From assembly GCF_009914755.1 (NCBI RefSeq), contig NC_060931.1: DNA of 64,000 nt; one strand, written 5' to 3'. This stretch comes from the human T2T-CHM13v2.0 reference genome, Homo sapiens. Below, one piece after another: positions 32,104 to 47,005 of the stretch (position 1 is the first letter of the stretch; each line of letters begins with the position of its first letter). Made by a program: the position numbers and the translations under genes. The notes below the pieces were generated by a model that worked only from the letters and a program-made list of their open reading frames with translations, was not told the DNA's origin and ran no database searches.

Positions 32104-35100
32104 TGTGAAAGGAAAATAAAAGTTGGGGTCCCCAAATCACTAAGCTAAAGGCAAAAGTCAAGCTGGGAACTGCTTAGGGCAAACTTGCCTTCCATTCTGT
32201 TCAAAGTCACTCCTCTGCTCACTGAGATAGATGCATATCTGATTGCCTCCTTTGGAAAGACTCAAAAGAAACTCAAAAGAGTGTAACCCTCCCTCCGTCA
32301 CCTATCTGCGACCTGGGAGCCCCCTCCCTGCTTCAAGTCTTCCTACCTTCACTTCAAGTTGTCCCGCCTTTCCAGACCGAACCAATGTACTTCTTACATA
32401 TATTGACTGAAGCCTCATGTCTCCTAAAATGTATAAAACTAAGCTGTGCTACATCACCTTAGGCACAAGGTCAGGACTTTCTGAGGCTGCGTTACAGGCA
32501 CATCCTCAACCTTGGCAAAATAAGCTTTCTACTCAAATTTTCAGGGTTCACATTTTGGTAACCATGGAGGGATTCTTAGTGGAGATGGCCCTGACCTTTG
32601 ACAAGTCTCCTATTGGTGCTTGATACCAGCAGGAGCTAACTTTATGGCTCAAACCGAAAGAACAATTTGCTAAGGTCTGAGGGCACCCACTCCAGAGAAT
32701 CCCTGATTTCCCCAAATTCAGTCATGACCCCAACTTTATTTTGCTGTACAACTCCTCTTTTTCTTTTGAGTTTTACTTGCTCCCAACACAAGGAAGGCAA
32801 GTTTTCTTGCTTCCATGACGTTGAAAGGCAGGTAACTCCTTCAAGGAGTTTGAGCTCGCTTGCAACAGAGAAAATGAGCTTGGTTTTTTGTTGTGGTTGT
32901 TTTTTCCTGCTTCTAGGGTGGTAGAGAGCAGTCTACAGCCTGAGACCCATCACTAGGTAGGAAACTGGTTTGGGATTCTATCTTGCAAACTCCTTTTAAA
33001 TGACTAAAGTTAGCATTTAACAACCAGCTGGTGTTAATTTCTTCTTAATACTTAGAGCGCTCAGAAATAGTATATTTTTGTGTGATCATTGTTAGTTTAG
33101 CAGCATTTTGTCCTAGTTGAAATATGGTAATAAGATTTAAAAAACATTTTTAAAGGAGCTCAATGTTAAAAATCAACTTAATTAAAAGGCCATCCAAGAT
33201 GTGTGTATGTATGTGTGCATGTATGCATCTTTGTATTTGAAAGGTCTTCAAGTTTTTGCTTTTTGTTTGTTTTTCTCTCCTAAGACCTTGTCTTTTTTTT
33301 TTTTTGAGCAAAAGTTTTTTTTTCTTTTTCTTCTCAGTTGACTGAATTCTGTTTTCACCTGATTTTTTTTTTCTTTTTTACTAAAATAGTTATTGCAACA
33401 GAGGCTACTGTTAAGTTTTTAAGAAAGAGTGTAGTTTAATTTTATGTTTCATTTGGCTCAAAATAAAATAAAAAACATCTCCCTCTAGGACCACCAGACT
33501 CTTTCTCTCTGTACCTTATGATGTAAATTTTGCTATTTGATTTTCACCTGAGTTGTTTCCTTTAGTGTGCAAATTTAAGGCTATTTAGCTGACAACTGCC
33601 TAGGGTTGTGAAACAGGCTATCAAGAATCTGAAAGTCTAAGATAGGAAAAAAAAAGAGCGGGGTCTTTATAAATCTATAAAATGTACTTCCATCGGCATG
33701 CCTAATACATCTTTGTATGTATTTATGCGCTGTGTACAAAATGTTTCACTACTAAAAATATATAAAAGAGCTCTAATCAATTGGCTTAAAGGAAAATAAA
33801 AGCTCTTAAATCAGATACTAAAAAATAGACTAGTCAAATGCTTTTTCAAGTTTATGTAACTTAAATAAAATCTTTAACAAATAAGCTAGCTTTAAAATTA
33901 TTGGTAAAGTAATATTAGAAATGTCTTAAGAATTGCCAGCATACAGTTTTTGTTTTGCATTTATTAATCAAGCAATTCCATACTTATCCCTGCCAAATGC
34001 TATAAGGTGTCAAAATTTGGCATGGGATTACGAAACTATAAAACCAGTCCAAAACAGAATGATTTTTGTTTGTGTAATTTTTAATAAGTAAGACATTGAT
34101 ATGGGTTTAATGAAAATAGCTGCATCTTGAATTTAGTAAGATTACCATAATTTCTAATCCTGTGGCTTTAGGCAGTCTAGTCCACAGGCAATAAGGAAGT
34201 TTGTTTTGGGAAAGGACTGTTATCATTTTTGTTTCAAAGCTAAACTATAGACTAAGTTGCTCCCGAAGTTAGTTTGGCCTATGCCTAGGCATGAACAAGG
34301 ATAGCTTGGAGGTTAAGAGCAGGTTGGAGTCAATTAGGTCAAATCTTATTTTCACTGTCTCAGTTATACATAATTTTGCAATGGCAGTTTCATAACTTTA
34401 AATTCATGACTATCACAGTTTTCATAAATAATCTAGGTAGACAATTAAAATAAAATAGATAAATGTAATGGGATAAATACTTGTAGAAAACTGGTCATAA
34501 TTTCATAATTTAGAATATAAAGTTATATTAAATTAAATAATATATATTTCATTATTTGGGTATTTTCCAATAAATATATATTGTAGGAAAATATTCTTGC
34601 AAAAAAAAGTGTGACTTTTTAAAAAAAAAAAGGTGAAAAATTTTTGTCTAATTCGAAGCTTATTTAAAGGTTATATATAAAACAAGGTAAAAGGAACCAT
34701 GAAATAAAAAGAGATGTAAAGTTATAAAAATAAAGAGGTATTTTTGTGTGTGTGTGGTAAGAAAGCTTAAAGAGAAATAATTTTATATGAGAAAGAATCT
34801 TACATGGTAAACTTCAGTCCTAAAATAAAATGACTGGTTGTTTAAAAAGGAGGCATATTCAGGACAAATCAGAAAGTCCAAATATTAAGTTCTGGTTTGC
34901 TTAGGGAAAAAAACCTGAGATTAAAAAAAAAAATTTTTTTAAGGTTATTATATCCATGTATTTTCCTGTATGTTCTTTTAAAGTCCTTGTGACATTGAGT
35001 TACAGGGTTTTGACTCCTGGATCTAAAAAGGACACAAAGTCTTGCTAAATCTTAAACACCAACAGCAATTAAAGCCTCATCTTCAGGCCCTGTAGAAGAT

Positions 35101-37849
35101 GCCAGTCAAAATAAACTGCATTTCTGCGACACAGGGCAAGAAATTAAAGCTATTTCAACTCCTCAAGGCCCAGGGACTATCACAGAAGAGATGGGCACAC
35201 ACGCAATATTGTAAGGGCCAATTTTGAAAGATAAAATAAGTTAAGCTTCTTTATAGATGAATCATTAATGTCAAAGGCACACTGATGGAAGACCAGCATA
35301 TGGGCCCCTGTGTCAGATTAACAAAGTTTTCTCAAAGCATTAACCAACTCCTTAGTGAAGGTCATAAAGATTATAAAGTGCTATGGAAGCTATATCTTAT
35401 GTTCAAGATTAAAAATTTTATAGATTGTTTATAAAATTTTGAAAAACAAATTTAATTGGATTCATGCTGTTTTTATTAGGGCTTATTGTTTGGAAAATTA
35501 AGTCTCTTCTCAAAGAATAAAGGTTCTTGCCTTTTTTTTAAAGTCCAGAAGTTATCACTTTGGTTAAATGAATGACTTATTTTACAATGACCTGTGATCC
35601 TATTTTATGATATCAAATGTTTAAAACCTTTGATATTTGACAAACTTTCCAAAATCAAATTATAAATTATGTCTTTTTCTGACCTAATTAAAGCTTTAAC
35701 ATATTAGGTTCCCTAAAGTTCAGAAAATAACATAATTTGGCTTATTTGGTACAAAAATCATATAGGAAGCATTGTCAAATATGAAATGGTGTTGGGTTTT
35801 TGAGGGCTGCATTTTTAAAATATGTTATTAGTATGTGTTCCAAAATTATGGGAAATTCCTATAATTCTATATAACTCAGTGTACATTATCAGTAATAATC
35901 ATAATTGTTATGTTAAAATTATTGTGTGCCGCAGAGGTAACAAATGTCCTTTTCAACTGTGTTTTTGACTATGGCTGTCCTAAAACTTTTTGTCATCCAT
36001 GGACAATTTTTGTCTTGTTTTGGTCCTCTTTAGAAGGTGGCTTTATAATCAGCTACAAAACTCTAACAGGTGCTCTTGAATGCAGGTTTCTGATAACTTT
36101 GGAGATTGTGACATCAGAATAGAGGAAAAACTTTCAGGACTCATGGAGAGCTATAAAATATTCATGAGTATCAAGCAGAACAGGAATTAACTGCATGGAC
36201 TGAACTGATCTTTTTGACTTTTTGCTTAAAATGTTGCTGATCTTTTGTTTTGCTTTTCAGAGTCTTAAAACTTTTCTTTTGAGCTATTGGCAGCTTTTAA
36301 CAATTTAGTATACTCCCATAAACAAAGTTTGGAGCATATTTGTTTCTCTTTAGCTGATTTCTCCAGAATTTGGAAACTATTTGTAAGTATTCTTAACTCA
36401 TGGCAATACAGTTATTTGCATAAGTGCAATAAGAATCTGTTTTCATTAATAACAGACCACAATTGGAGAAACTGCTTATTTTACCAAGGCTTTGACTGGA
36501 ATGGTGTGCTTTCGTTTAAGGAATCAAACTTGACTTATGGAGCCAATAAAGCCCTTGAAAAAATTGGCCTCATATTTTGTGTACACAGTCCCTGTACAGG
36601 GTTTCTGACCTGTGGTAAGTAAAGAATGTCACTTCTAACAGGCGTAGAGGCCCCCGGTTTATCTTGGAACCTCAAGAGGAGAGAAAATTCACCCAACTCA
36701 CAGGTATTTGATGGCACAAATCCATGGCTGGGCTCTGCTTTAAAAACATCTTATCTGGTATTCCTTCTATGGAACAAGGTTCCATCAAAGCCAATATAAA
36801 GCCTATGTAAAAAATAATTTTTTTTGCACTGTATATAAGTAATTAGGCCAAGTATAATAAAGCAAACCAATCCTACCATGATTTGTCTTTAGCAAAAATG
36901 GGAAACTGGAGAGAGAAAAATTATGTTTCAAAAACAATTGTACACCTGTTGTTAGATTCTAGTCTTGTCTAATGTTTTTCAATTTTTATTATTTCTACAG
37001 TTTGGGCTAAATTCTAATTTTCTCTTGACTACAAGTCTTCAAAATAATGTTTTCAATTTTTTTTTTCTTTTTTTTCCTTCTTTTTTTTTTTTTTTTTCAA
37101 TTTTTCCTAACTGGGAGTCACTGAAAACCAAGCTGTGCTTTCTTAAAGCCCTGCAAACTGAAACTAGACAACTTAAAGTTCAGAAGAAAATAACAGCCAC
37201 CTATTTACATGCATAAGCCACTTTCATACCTGCTACTGATTTATAGACTTCAGAGTAGTGGGGCCTATATTGATTTTCCAGGAGTGTTCTTTTGTTTGTT
37301 GTTTTTCTCCCTTCTTCTTCCACTATTTGCTCTTCTAGGAATAAACCATCCTAGCCATGAAAGATCAGGTGAAACCTGAGACCAGAGACTAATTTTCTAG
37401 TTAAATGCCATCTCCAAAATATTTTTAAAAAGAAAAGAGGGTAAATGTGAAAGGAAAACAAATCTTGAGGCCCCCAAATCACTAAGCTAAAGGGAAAAAG
37501 TTATGCTGGGAACTGCTTAGGGCAAATCTGCCTCCCATTCTATTCAAAGTCACCCCTCTGCTCACTGAGATGCATAGCTGATTGCCTCTTTTGGAAGGAC
37601 TAAGCAGAAGCTCAAAATAATGCAACCCTTCCTGTCTCACCTGTCTTTTTACATATATTGACTGTACTTCTTATATATATTGATTGATGTCTCGTGTCTC
37701 CCTAAAATGTATAAAACTAAGCTGTACCCCAGCCACCTTGAGCACATGTTGTCAGGACCTCCTGAGGCTGTGTCATGGGGACATCCTCAATCTTGGCAAA
37801 ATAAACTTTTAAATTAACTGAGACCTGTGCCAAATTTTCAGAGTTCACA
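32104..37849 (+). mobile_element. Two-LTR ERV1 element: MER4A1-like LTRs (32104-32552, 37446-37849) with a non-coding MER4-int interior
   Basis: Both LTRs run tgtgaaaggaaaa...gttcaca. PBS-position ttttggtaacc follows the 5' LTR; a purine tract aaaagaaaagaggg precedes the 3' LTR. Flanks ggga/ggaa. No gag/pol/env ORF in the track. Confidence 0.9.
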
Positions 37850-38993
37850 GGAAGAAAACCCTCCTTTATAAGTTGCTCTGGGCCTCTGCATTGCCTGGAT
37901 GGGAACTCTGGGATAGATGCTTTTAGAAGGGTCTACTGAACCCATGAGCCATTCCCTTCTCTGGAAATGGCTCCCCAAGTAATAGCTTGGGCTTCTAGGA
38001 ATCCTGTTGGTAGTCTGTAACTCCCTACTCATCTGGATATAGTTAATTGGAAAATTTGACCTAGTTTGAGCTAATCATTTTTCTTCTCAGGAATGTGGAA
38101 TCCAGACCAAAGGAAAGCCAGCCAGTCTATTTTCATGGCTGTTAGGTACAATTTGTATGCTTGGGAGCTGTGGAGTTGCTGTATTCTGTCATAAGGGCAG
38201 ATCAGCAGAGAAAGCTAAAGCAAGAGGAGAATAGTAACATGGACACAAGGCAGAAATGCAGAGATCAAAGATGGAAAGAGAATATATCCCAGATTCCTAA
38301 TGGCTTTCCAAAACTGATCCCCTTCTTTCTTGTTCCCCAAATACTGCCCTCTTCATATGGCCCTTAAATTCTTGTAATAAATTCTCCCTTCTTTGTTTAG
38401 GCCATTTCAAATTGGTTTCTGTTTCTTGCAACCAGACACCTTAAAAAAAATAAACTCAAATTTTCTTTCATGCTCCCTTTTTGCATGGTAATTAAGAGCA
38501 TAGAATGTGGAGTAAAAGAGATAAAACTTTAAATTTCAGCTCCTTCATTCACTAGTTGAAAACCTAGTAGAAAAACTTAATCACTTAAACTCTCTGAGCT
38601 TTAATTTCCATATCTGGAAAAGGGGAATACTTTTAGCTATCTAAAAGCATATGGGTGTCAAACAAATATAACGACGTATATAAAATGCTAATTATAGTAC
38701 CTGGCACAAAAGAAATACTTAATTAGTGGTAATAATGATTACATATTTATTCAATAAATACTTATCGATTACTAACTATACAAAAGTTAGATGACCTGAA
38801 GTGTACAAATATATTCAAGATTTAATCTCTGCTCTCAGACATGTACATAAATATCCATAATAGAAGACATTATAGAATAATAAAGGGTACATGAATGTTT
38901 TTAAAAAACAAGGACTCTAGGTCATAATCAAAGAAATGCAAATTAAAACCACAGTGCAATGCCATCAGAATCAGAAAAATAAAATAGATTAAA

Positions 38994-39469
<476 letters not shown>

Positions 39470-40169
39470 TAGAGATTTCAAGTAATAGTGAGGATGTTGA
39501 ACAACTGGAATTCTTGTACATTAATGGTGGGTATGTAAATTGATATAATCACTTGGGAAAACTGTGTGGCAGTATCTACATATGCATACCCTATGACCCA
39601 ACAACTCTACTCTTACCTCTATACACAACAAAAGTGCATACATACTTTCACCAAAAGAAATACATCAGAATGTTAAATGTAGCAAAAAGCCAATCGACAG
39701 ATGCATAACTAGATTGTGATAGTATGCACACAATGGAATACGGTACCACCACAAGAATGAAGCATTCACAAATAACTATAACAATATGAATTTCATTAAC
39801 ATAATTTTAGGAGAAAGAAGCTAACATAATGTTAGGAGAAAGATCCAAGAGAGTACACATGTTATAATTCCACTTTTATAAAGTTCAAAATTAATCTATA
39901 CCCTAAAGTGTGAGTTGTAGTTACCCTTAGGTGGGAGTAGTGACTGGAGAAAGGGTTTCTGGGGTGCTAGTAGTGTTCTGATTCTTGATTATTCCAGTGT
40001 GTTCAGTTTGTGAAACTTCTTCAACCTGTATGCTTACATTTAGGTAAGTATGTAAGGAAGTACATGTAAATTATACTTAAAGTTTTTAAAAATTAAGCTT
40101 AGCCAAGTATAGATAAAAGTCACTTCTACCTGGAATGACAGTACAACTGGATGAAGGAAATCACATTTC

Positions 40170-40332
40170 TTTTCTTTTTTTTACTTTTTTTTTTTTTTCT
40201 TTGAGACAGGGATCTGGCTCTGTTGCCCAGGCTGGAGTGCAGTGGTATATTCATAGCTCACTGGAACATCGAACTCCTGGGCTCCAGTGATCCTCCCCAA
40301 AGCACAGGGATTAAAGGCAGGACCCACCTCAC
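40170..40332 (-). mobile_element. Internally deleted AluJ/FRAM-like fragment
   Basis: gagacagggatctggctctgttgcccaggctggagtgcagtgg...cccaaagcacagggatta. Confidence 0.65.
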
Positions 40333-40763
40333 CCTCAGATCTCACCCAGTAAGAAATCACATTTGCATTAGGCCGTCAAAGGTGGGCAAGTCTTCCTAGG
40401 TAGAGACAGGGAATGAGCATTCTAGAAAAAAAGGAATGGCAGAATGGCACAAAAGCAAAAGCACAGAGGTTTGAAAAAGTAAGGAGCATTTGGAAAATGA
40501 CTAAATTAGCCAAAGAATAAGATTGGTAGAAGAAAGTAGGAAAAAAGTTTCAAAACTTATCTAAAGAATTTGTTCCTTATTCATTGGGCAACAAGGAGCT
40601 AGTGAAGTGTTATGTTCTATTTTGTTTGAAGTGGAAAACAACATGATCAGATCTATACTCTGGGAAGATCAATATACAGGAGATAGTGGAGGAAGAAGAG
40701 CCTAGAGGTTGGGTAGGGTAGCATACAAGGAGAACATAGGACCCTTTGTGATCTGCCCCAAAC

Positions 40764-41309
40764 TGTCACTGAATACTCCCATTTTTCTAAGAGATAGTTT
40801 AATTATTTTTTCTGTCTCTTCTCTTTTTCCTTTTTCCAACTTCCTACTTAGCTCTTTAGAAATGCAATTATAGCCTTTACCTCCTCTTCAGCAGATATTC
40901 CTCACAGGGCAAATTCATCTAACTGTGTGCTTAGAAGCTCCAGAATGGAACTCTTACCCACCAGGAGGTTGCCCCGAGAGATAACAGTCAATTTACAATC
41001 CAAAGTATGCCCGCTAGAGTTTTTGGCCACCATTACAACTCATTTCTGCCCATGAAGACACCAGCTTGACAGCCTGATAGATAAGGCACCAAGCTAGCAC
41101 AAAACCCCTCACCTGCTTGTGTCCTCCTTTGCCTTTTAAAAGTGCCCACTTTCTGCTCCAAAGGTGAAGCAGTATACTTAAGGACGGAAGCCTGTACTTC
41201 TTCCCCTAAGCTAGTTTTGGAATAAAAAGCCACTTTCTTTATACCAGACCTTGTTCTTATTAATTGGACTCTGCAAGCGGCGAATGATTGAACCTGCACT
41301 TCGGTTGCA
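40764..41309 (+). mobile_element. ERV-type solo LTR (subfamily not assigned)
   Basis: TG...CA ends, TATA-like tttaaaag, AATAAA at ~41221, and a U5-like aattggactctgcaagcggcga...ttcggttgca. Confidence 0.6.
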
Positions 41310-43761
41310 TGACTACCAACCCATCTCTTCAGCCTCATCCCTCACCCAACCCCACCCAGCTGCAAGCCAGTCATCCAATCACTTGCCGTTCCTTGAACAA
41401 ACCAAGCCCTGCTGGCTTTGCACAAGGGCTCATCCCTGCAGAAGACCCTTCCTCTGCTCCTTCATTACGCTTAAGCTGGAAGAGAGACAACTTCCTTCCC
41501 TCCAGCACGCCAGAGAGCTTTTCCATAACATGAAGCAAAGCCTGCAGGTGCAAAACTTGTCTTTAGGATTCTTAGGACCAAAGAGTGAATATATAAACCA
41601 CATAAGGAAACACAAGCTACAGTTAGCTTTTTTTCTTAAATTGTGTGAAAACTGTGAAGGAAAACAAATCTGCTACTAATTTTTAACATATTAATTCACA
41701 AACAATAAAATTGCATATTGTAGTTACTCCTGAGCCTCTCATCACTTTGAGTAGTCTAACCAGGATCTCTGTAACCACAGAAACATGTAGCTGTTTCTAT
41801 AATTAAAAAACACCAGAGGTCACCTCAAAAGACAACCCCAGACCCAATTTTATTTTGGTGCACAACATGCTATGCCTCCCCCTTTCCACACTAACAATCA
41901 GAAAGATTCTCCTTGGTTATTGCCAAGAAATTAGAAATGAGATATTGCATCATTTGAGTTATTTTTACAGACTCAAGTTGTTCAGTGCATGAAGAAAATG
42001 TATAAGAACAGAAGAGAATTATCTCGATGTTTTCTAAGATTCAAAAGGAAACAGGAAAACTCAGGTAATCCACAATCTTTCAGGCCATCTACACAATACA
42101 CACCATTAAGCATTGTTAAGTGCAGTCTTCTACAAAAGCAAATATTAGCCCAAGTAACACACATGCACGGCAGTGGCAAAGGAGAAGAACAAATATTTGT
42201 AGTGAGGTTTCAATGCCAGAACCAGCCCAGAGAAAGAGGAAGAATGGAAGCCAGCTAATGCCTTTTGCCCTGCCGGGAATGCCTGTTCCTAGGTCCTCCA
42301 TCCAGCTTATTACTAGTCGTCTTTCAGAATACATCTGTCGTAGGTCATCTCTTATGAGAAACCACACTGGACTCTGCCTAGTTTGAGGAGGGCTCTGCTG
42401 GAGTACCAGGGCACTCCATGTGTTACACTAAGCACAGCCGTTGCTATTGTGAAGTGACTAAAGATTTCCTGGTTAGCTCCCATTCTGACTTGGAGTATCT
42501 TCAGGATAGGCACTGTATCTTGTTCCTCCCTCAGTCTCCCATGCCTAGCAAGTTCTTCCCACATTAGGGCCCAGCAAATTTGAATGTCTGCCTCAGGTTC
42601 CTTTTAAAGCTTTTGGCCTCTTAAGCTGGTCCTGCAAGATCTTAAAAGAATATAGCGTGATCTGCTCATTAAGTACTACAGTCAGGACTTGAAGGCATCT
42701 TCTATCTCTGAAGTCCATGGTTCCCCGCCATAATAATATCACTATTTTCTTTACACTGTTTTAAAAGACAATGACACAATCTAGATTGCAAATAATAAAA
42801 TATAGGATTACTTTCAAAAACTTAGAAAATACAGATAAACAGAAAGAAAAAAATCACTCAGAATCCCATCTCTAACTACAATCACTATTAACATCACAGT
42901 ACACACCCTTCAAGATCTTTCCTCACATTAAGTCATTACATATAGACATGTCCAGGTTGGGACCGGGCTTATGTGCAGGAATTGTTCTTTACAGGGTCAG
43001 TGCCATGACTGCAGTATTGCTCAAAAGAGACTATTCCTTGTTCCAGCTAAAAAATTTCAAAAATTTGTGGGTTTTTTCTTTGTTTTACCCCTCACCAATT
43101 GCTTTAAACAGGACATGACTTTTCATTTTGTACCATGTATTCCGTACCTTTCTTATATCCTAAAGTTTTTCAAGCTCTCGATGATAAACCAGGCCAATCC
43201 ACCTCAGTCTTCACCCAAACAGCTCCCATCTGGAGTCCTCAATCCTCCTGCTCCAATGTAGGCTATTGCTCTTCCTGCTGCTGCCAGCAAATGTCCTGAG
43301 GCCTCAACGCCCTGCTCTCCTGGGTTGGAGCGACTGCTCCAGCGTCCCCTACCTTTCTCTTTCTTAAATTATTCTGTCATTGCTGAAATCCATCCTCAAG
43401 GAACATTTTTTAAAAGGGTATATTGGAGATAAAATTTCTAATACTTAAATATTTGAAATGCCTTTTTCCTCCTATTGATTGTTTGGTTGGCCAAACAATA
43501 GCATAGCATAGCAACCTGTATTTTAAATTACTATATAAATTACTATTTAAAACAATAGCATCGCAACCTGTATTTTAAATTATTTTTCCCAGAACTTTGA
43601 AAGCGTTGCTCCATATTTTTCTTAGCATTTCATGATGCTGATAAGAAGTGTGATGCTGGTAATTAAGTCTTCTGTTCCCCTCTCTCTCATCTCAGGTTTT
43701 AGAGTATGTGAGTTGGGTTTATGTGTGTAATTGCTAGATAAAAGGGAATGTGTATATTTCA

Positions 43762-44420
43762 CTGTAGTGGGCCGAATAATGCGCCTCCTCCTCACACCCC
43801 TCAAAGATGTCCATGTCCTAATTCCCAGCACCTGTGAGTTTGCTATCTTACACAGCAAAAGAGATTTGACCGGCATAATTAAGGTTACCGACCTTGAGAT
43901 GGCGAGATTAGTTTGGATTGCCTGAGTGCACTCAATTTAATCACACAAATCCTTGAAAGTAGACAACTTTCCTGTCTGGATCAAACTTGAAACAGAAGGA
44001 GGAGATTTGAATCGTGAGAGGGACTGGAGCTGTCACTGCCGGCTTTGAAGAGAAAAGACTATAACCATGAGCCAAAAGTACAGGCAGTTTCTAAATGATA
44101 GAATTGCCCTCAGCTGATAGTCAGCAGGACCACAGGCAATTTGGATTTACATATTATCTGCAAGCAACTGAATTCTGCTAGCAACCAGAATAAGCTGGAA
44201 ACGGATTCTAGAGCCTAGAAACCCTAGATCCTAGGACTAGATCATAGAGTTTCCAGAAAAGAACACAGTCCTGATGACCCTTTGATTTTAATCCAGTGAG
44301 ACTCGTACCAGACTTCTCACCTACAGATCTTAAATTAATAGATTTGTGTGTGTCTTTAAATATGTGTTGTTTGAAGCCACCATGTTCGTGGTAATTTGTT
44401 ACAGCAGCAATAGAAAACCA
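43762..44420 (+). mobile_element. MLT1E/D-like MaLR LTR
   Basis: tgtagtgggccgaataat...aaagatgtccatgtcctaat...gtggtaatttgttacagcagcaatagaaaac. Confidence 0.8.
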
Positions 44421-44695
44421 CTTTTTAAAATAAATGCTGCCAAAATTTCATCCCCCAAAGCTAAATTTATTTATACTTATACCAACAGGTGATGAGAAAA
44501 CTCTTCCTCAAAACCTTCACTGACAAGGGATATTTTCAATATCTTGATTTTTCCAAGCTGATCCTGAGAAATATTTCACTTTTGTTTTCATTTGCAGGCC
44601 AGGCCTCTAATTTTTTTAACAAGGTTGAGCATCCTTTATATATTTGTTTAACACATTCTGTTTTATTTGGAATTACACCATTTTGTAAAAGTCCT

Positions 44696-44912
<217 letters not shown>

Positions 44913-45380
44913 AAAAGTCCTTAGATTTCTAAAATTTCAAACTATTAATAGTTATACTATGACTATGCATATAAAAATATGTCCTGTTTGGTATTTGTTA
45001 AACACTTTTAATTTAATGATTTATATCTCCCACACTGGAAATTATTTTGCATAGTAAACACTGTGGCAGAATCTGCTAGCTGCCTAGCTGAATATCAACA
45101 CTCCCCTCCTTAATAAGCACATCTTGATCTTTTTAACATCATATTGCTGCCCAGAATAAAGGACTACATTTCCCAACTTTCCTTGCAGCTAGGTTTGGCC
45201 AGTGAGATATAAACGGAATTAATGAAAAGCTTCTTAAAGTTAGCTCCCACAGCTTAGAAGGGCCTTTCCCCACGTCACCCTGACTTCGCTTCTTTTTCTC
45301 GTCTGGATTTAGGCTTAAAGGATGCAGTTACAGCAGCCATCTCGAACCATGAGGTTGCCGTGCACATGGAAACCTTTTAG

Positions 45381-45680
45381 CGGGGGGAGTGGTAGCTCAG
45401 CCTGTATTCCCAGCACTCTTGAGAGGCCAAGGTGGGAGGATCGCTTGAGCCCAGGAGTTTGAGATCAGCCTGGGTAACATAGTGAGACCCTCTCTACAAA
45501 AAATAAAAATATTACCTGGACGTGGTGACTTGTGCCTGTAGTCCCAGCTACTTAGGAGGGGGAGGTGGGAGGATCGCTTGAGCCAAGGAGGTCAAGACTA
45601 CAGTGAGCTATGGTCACACTACTGCATTCCAGCCTAGGCAAGAAAGCAAAACCCTGTCTTAAAAACAAGAATGAAACAAA
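45381..45680 (+). mobile_element. AluJ-like inserted in an old MLT1-like LTR (~45060-45855)
   Basis: Diverged Alu dimer. Flanks contain the MLT1J/K-like ggactacatttcccaactttccttgcagctagg. Confidence 0.75.
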
Positions 45681-46249
45681 CCATTTGGTAGATGATAGAA
45701 TGGGAAGGTAAGGGCCTGGTGATCCTAATGCCTCACTGAAGTCACCAATCCACCTCAAAATTTTCTTTTATGTGAGTGAAAAACTTATGTCTTTTCAATC
45801 TTCTATCATTTTGTGATTTTTCTATTGTATGCAGTCAAATCCATTCCTAATACAGAATTCTCACAGTGATCTGTTATGTATTTTATCTGCTATCTTTTGA
45901 TCCCTCTCTCTTTTTATTTTCCAGGTGAGTGCCTTGATTTCATCTTTAAAACTTTTTTTAAAAAAGTTCTGCAATTATAATTTCATTTTCTAAGAGTTAT
46001 TTCTTTTTCATAGCATGTATTTTCTTGTTTTGTGTATGCAATAGCTTTTCAAATCTCAGAAGTCACTAGTTGGAAAGTCTGTCCTATTTTGAAGTATACT
46101 TCTGTTCTCTGAATTCTTTCCTTTGATGTCACATTTTTCCCGTTGGTTTATCTTGGGTTTTCCTTTTCATGTTAGAGACTTTCATCTGATGTTTATTGAT
46201 CCTTGGTTACTGCTCACACTAAGAATGAGACAATAATGGGGTAAATTTA

Positions 46250-46880
46250 CATTACATGCCTTATCACAAGATACGCACTGAGGAAAACACTGACTTCAGT
46301 GGTCTTCCTGCCAAAAGTGCATGACCTGAATTTAATCATGAGGAAACATTAGACAAACTCAAACTAAGGGACATTCTACAAAATAATTGACTTGTCATCT
46401 CAAATATTAATACCATGAAGCACAAAGACTAGGAGATTGGGCCCCATTAAAGGAGATTAAAGACATAAGACAACTGAATGCAACATGATCTAGAAATTTC
46501 CTTTCCTAAAAAGGACTTTTTAAATAATCAGCAAAATCTGAATAAGGTCTATATTTAGATAATAGTATTATATCAGTATTAATTTCCTGCATTTGATATT
46601 CTTCCTCTAATTATGCAAGAGAATGTTTTTAAGAAATAAGCACTGGAATATCTAAGTATAAAGGGGCATCATGTCTACAACTCTGAAATGGTTCCACAAA
46701 AATAAATTGCATATCTATCTATTCATCCATCTATCTCTCTATATATCTATGGAGAGAAAAGGATAAAGTACATATGTTAAAATGTCAATATTTCAGAAAC
46801 TTAGGTATACTATATATGGGAATTCTTTGTACTTTTCTTCCAACTTTTCTGTAAATCTAAAATTATGCCAAAATGAAGCC
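46250..46880 (+). mobile_element. L1MC-like 3' UTR fragment
   Basis: ttcctgccaaaagtgcatgacctgaatttaatcatgaggaaacattagacaaactcaaactaagggacattctacaaaataa...caacttttctgtaaatctaaaatt. Confidence 0.7.
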
Positions 46881-46961
46881 TTTTAAAAAGAATATGGCCC
46901 ATATAAAGATTTTCTGGGAGCTTTGTGGGCATAGTCAGGACTGGTTAATGACAGGCTTCAA

Positions 46962-46963
<2 letters not shown>

Positions 46964-47002
<39 letters not shown>
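46964..47002. repeat. (TG)n microsatellite, ~19 units
   Basis: Uninterrupted gtgtgt run. Confidence 0.95.

Positions 47003-47005
<3 letters not shown>

Noticed and set aside
32553-37445. Retroviral gag/pol/env genes
   Set aside because: Only short ORFs without retroviral motifs; the interior is AT-rich and non-coding.
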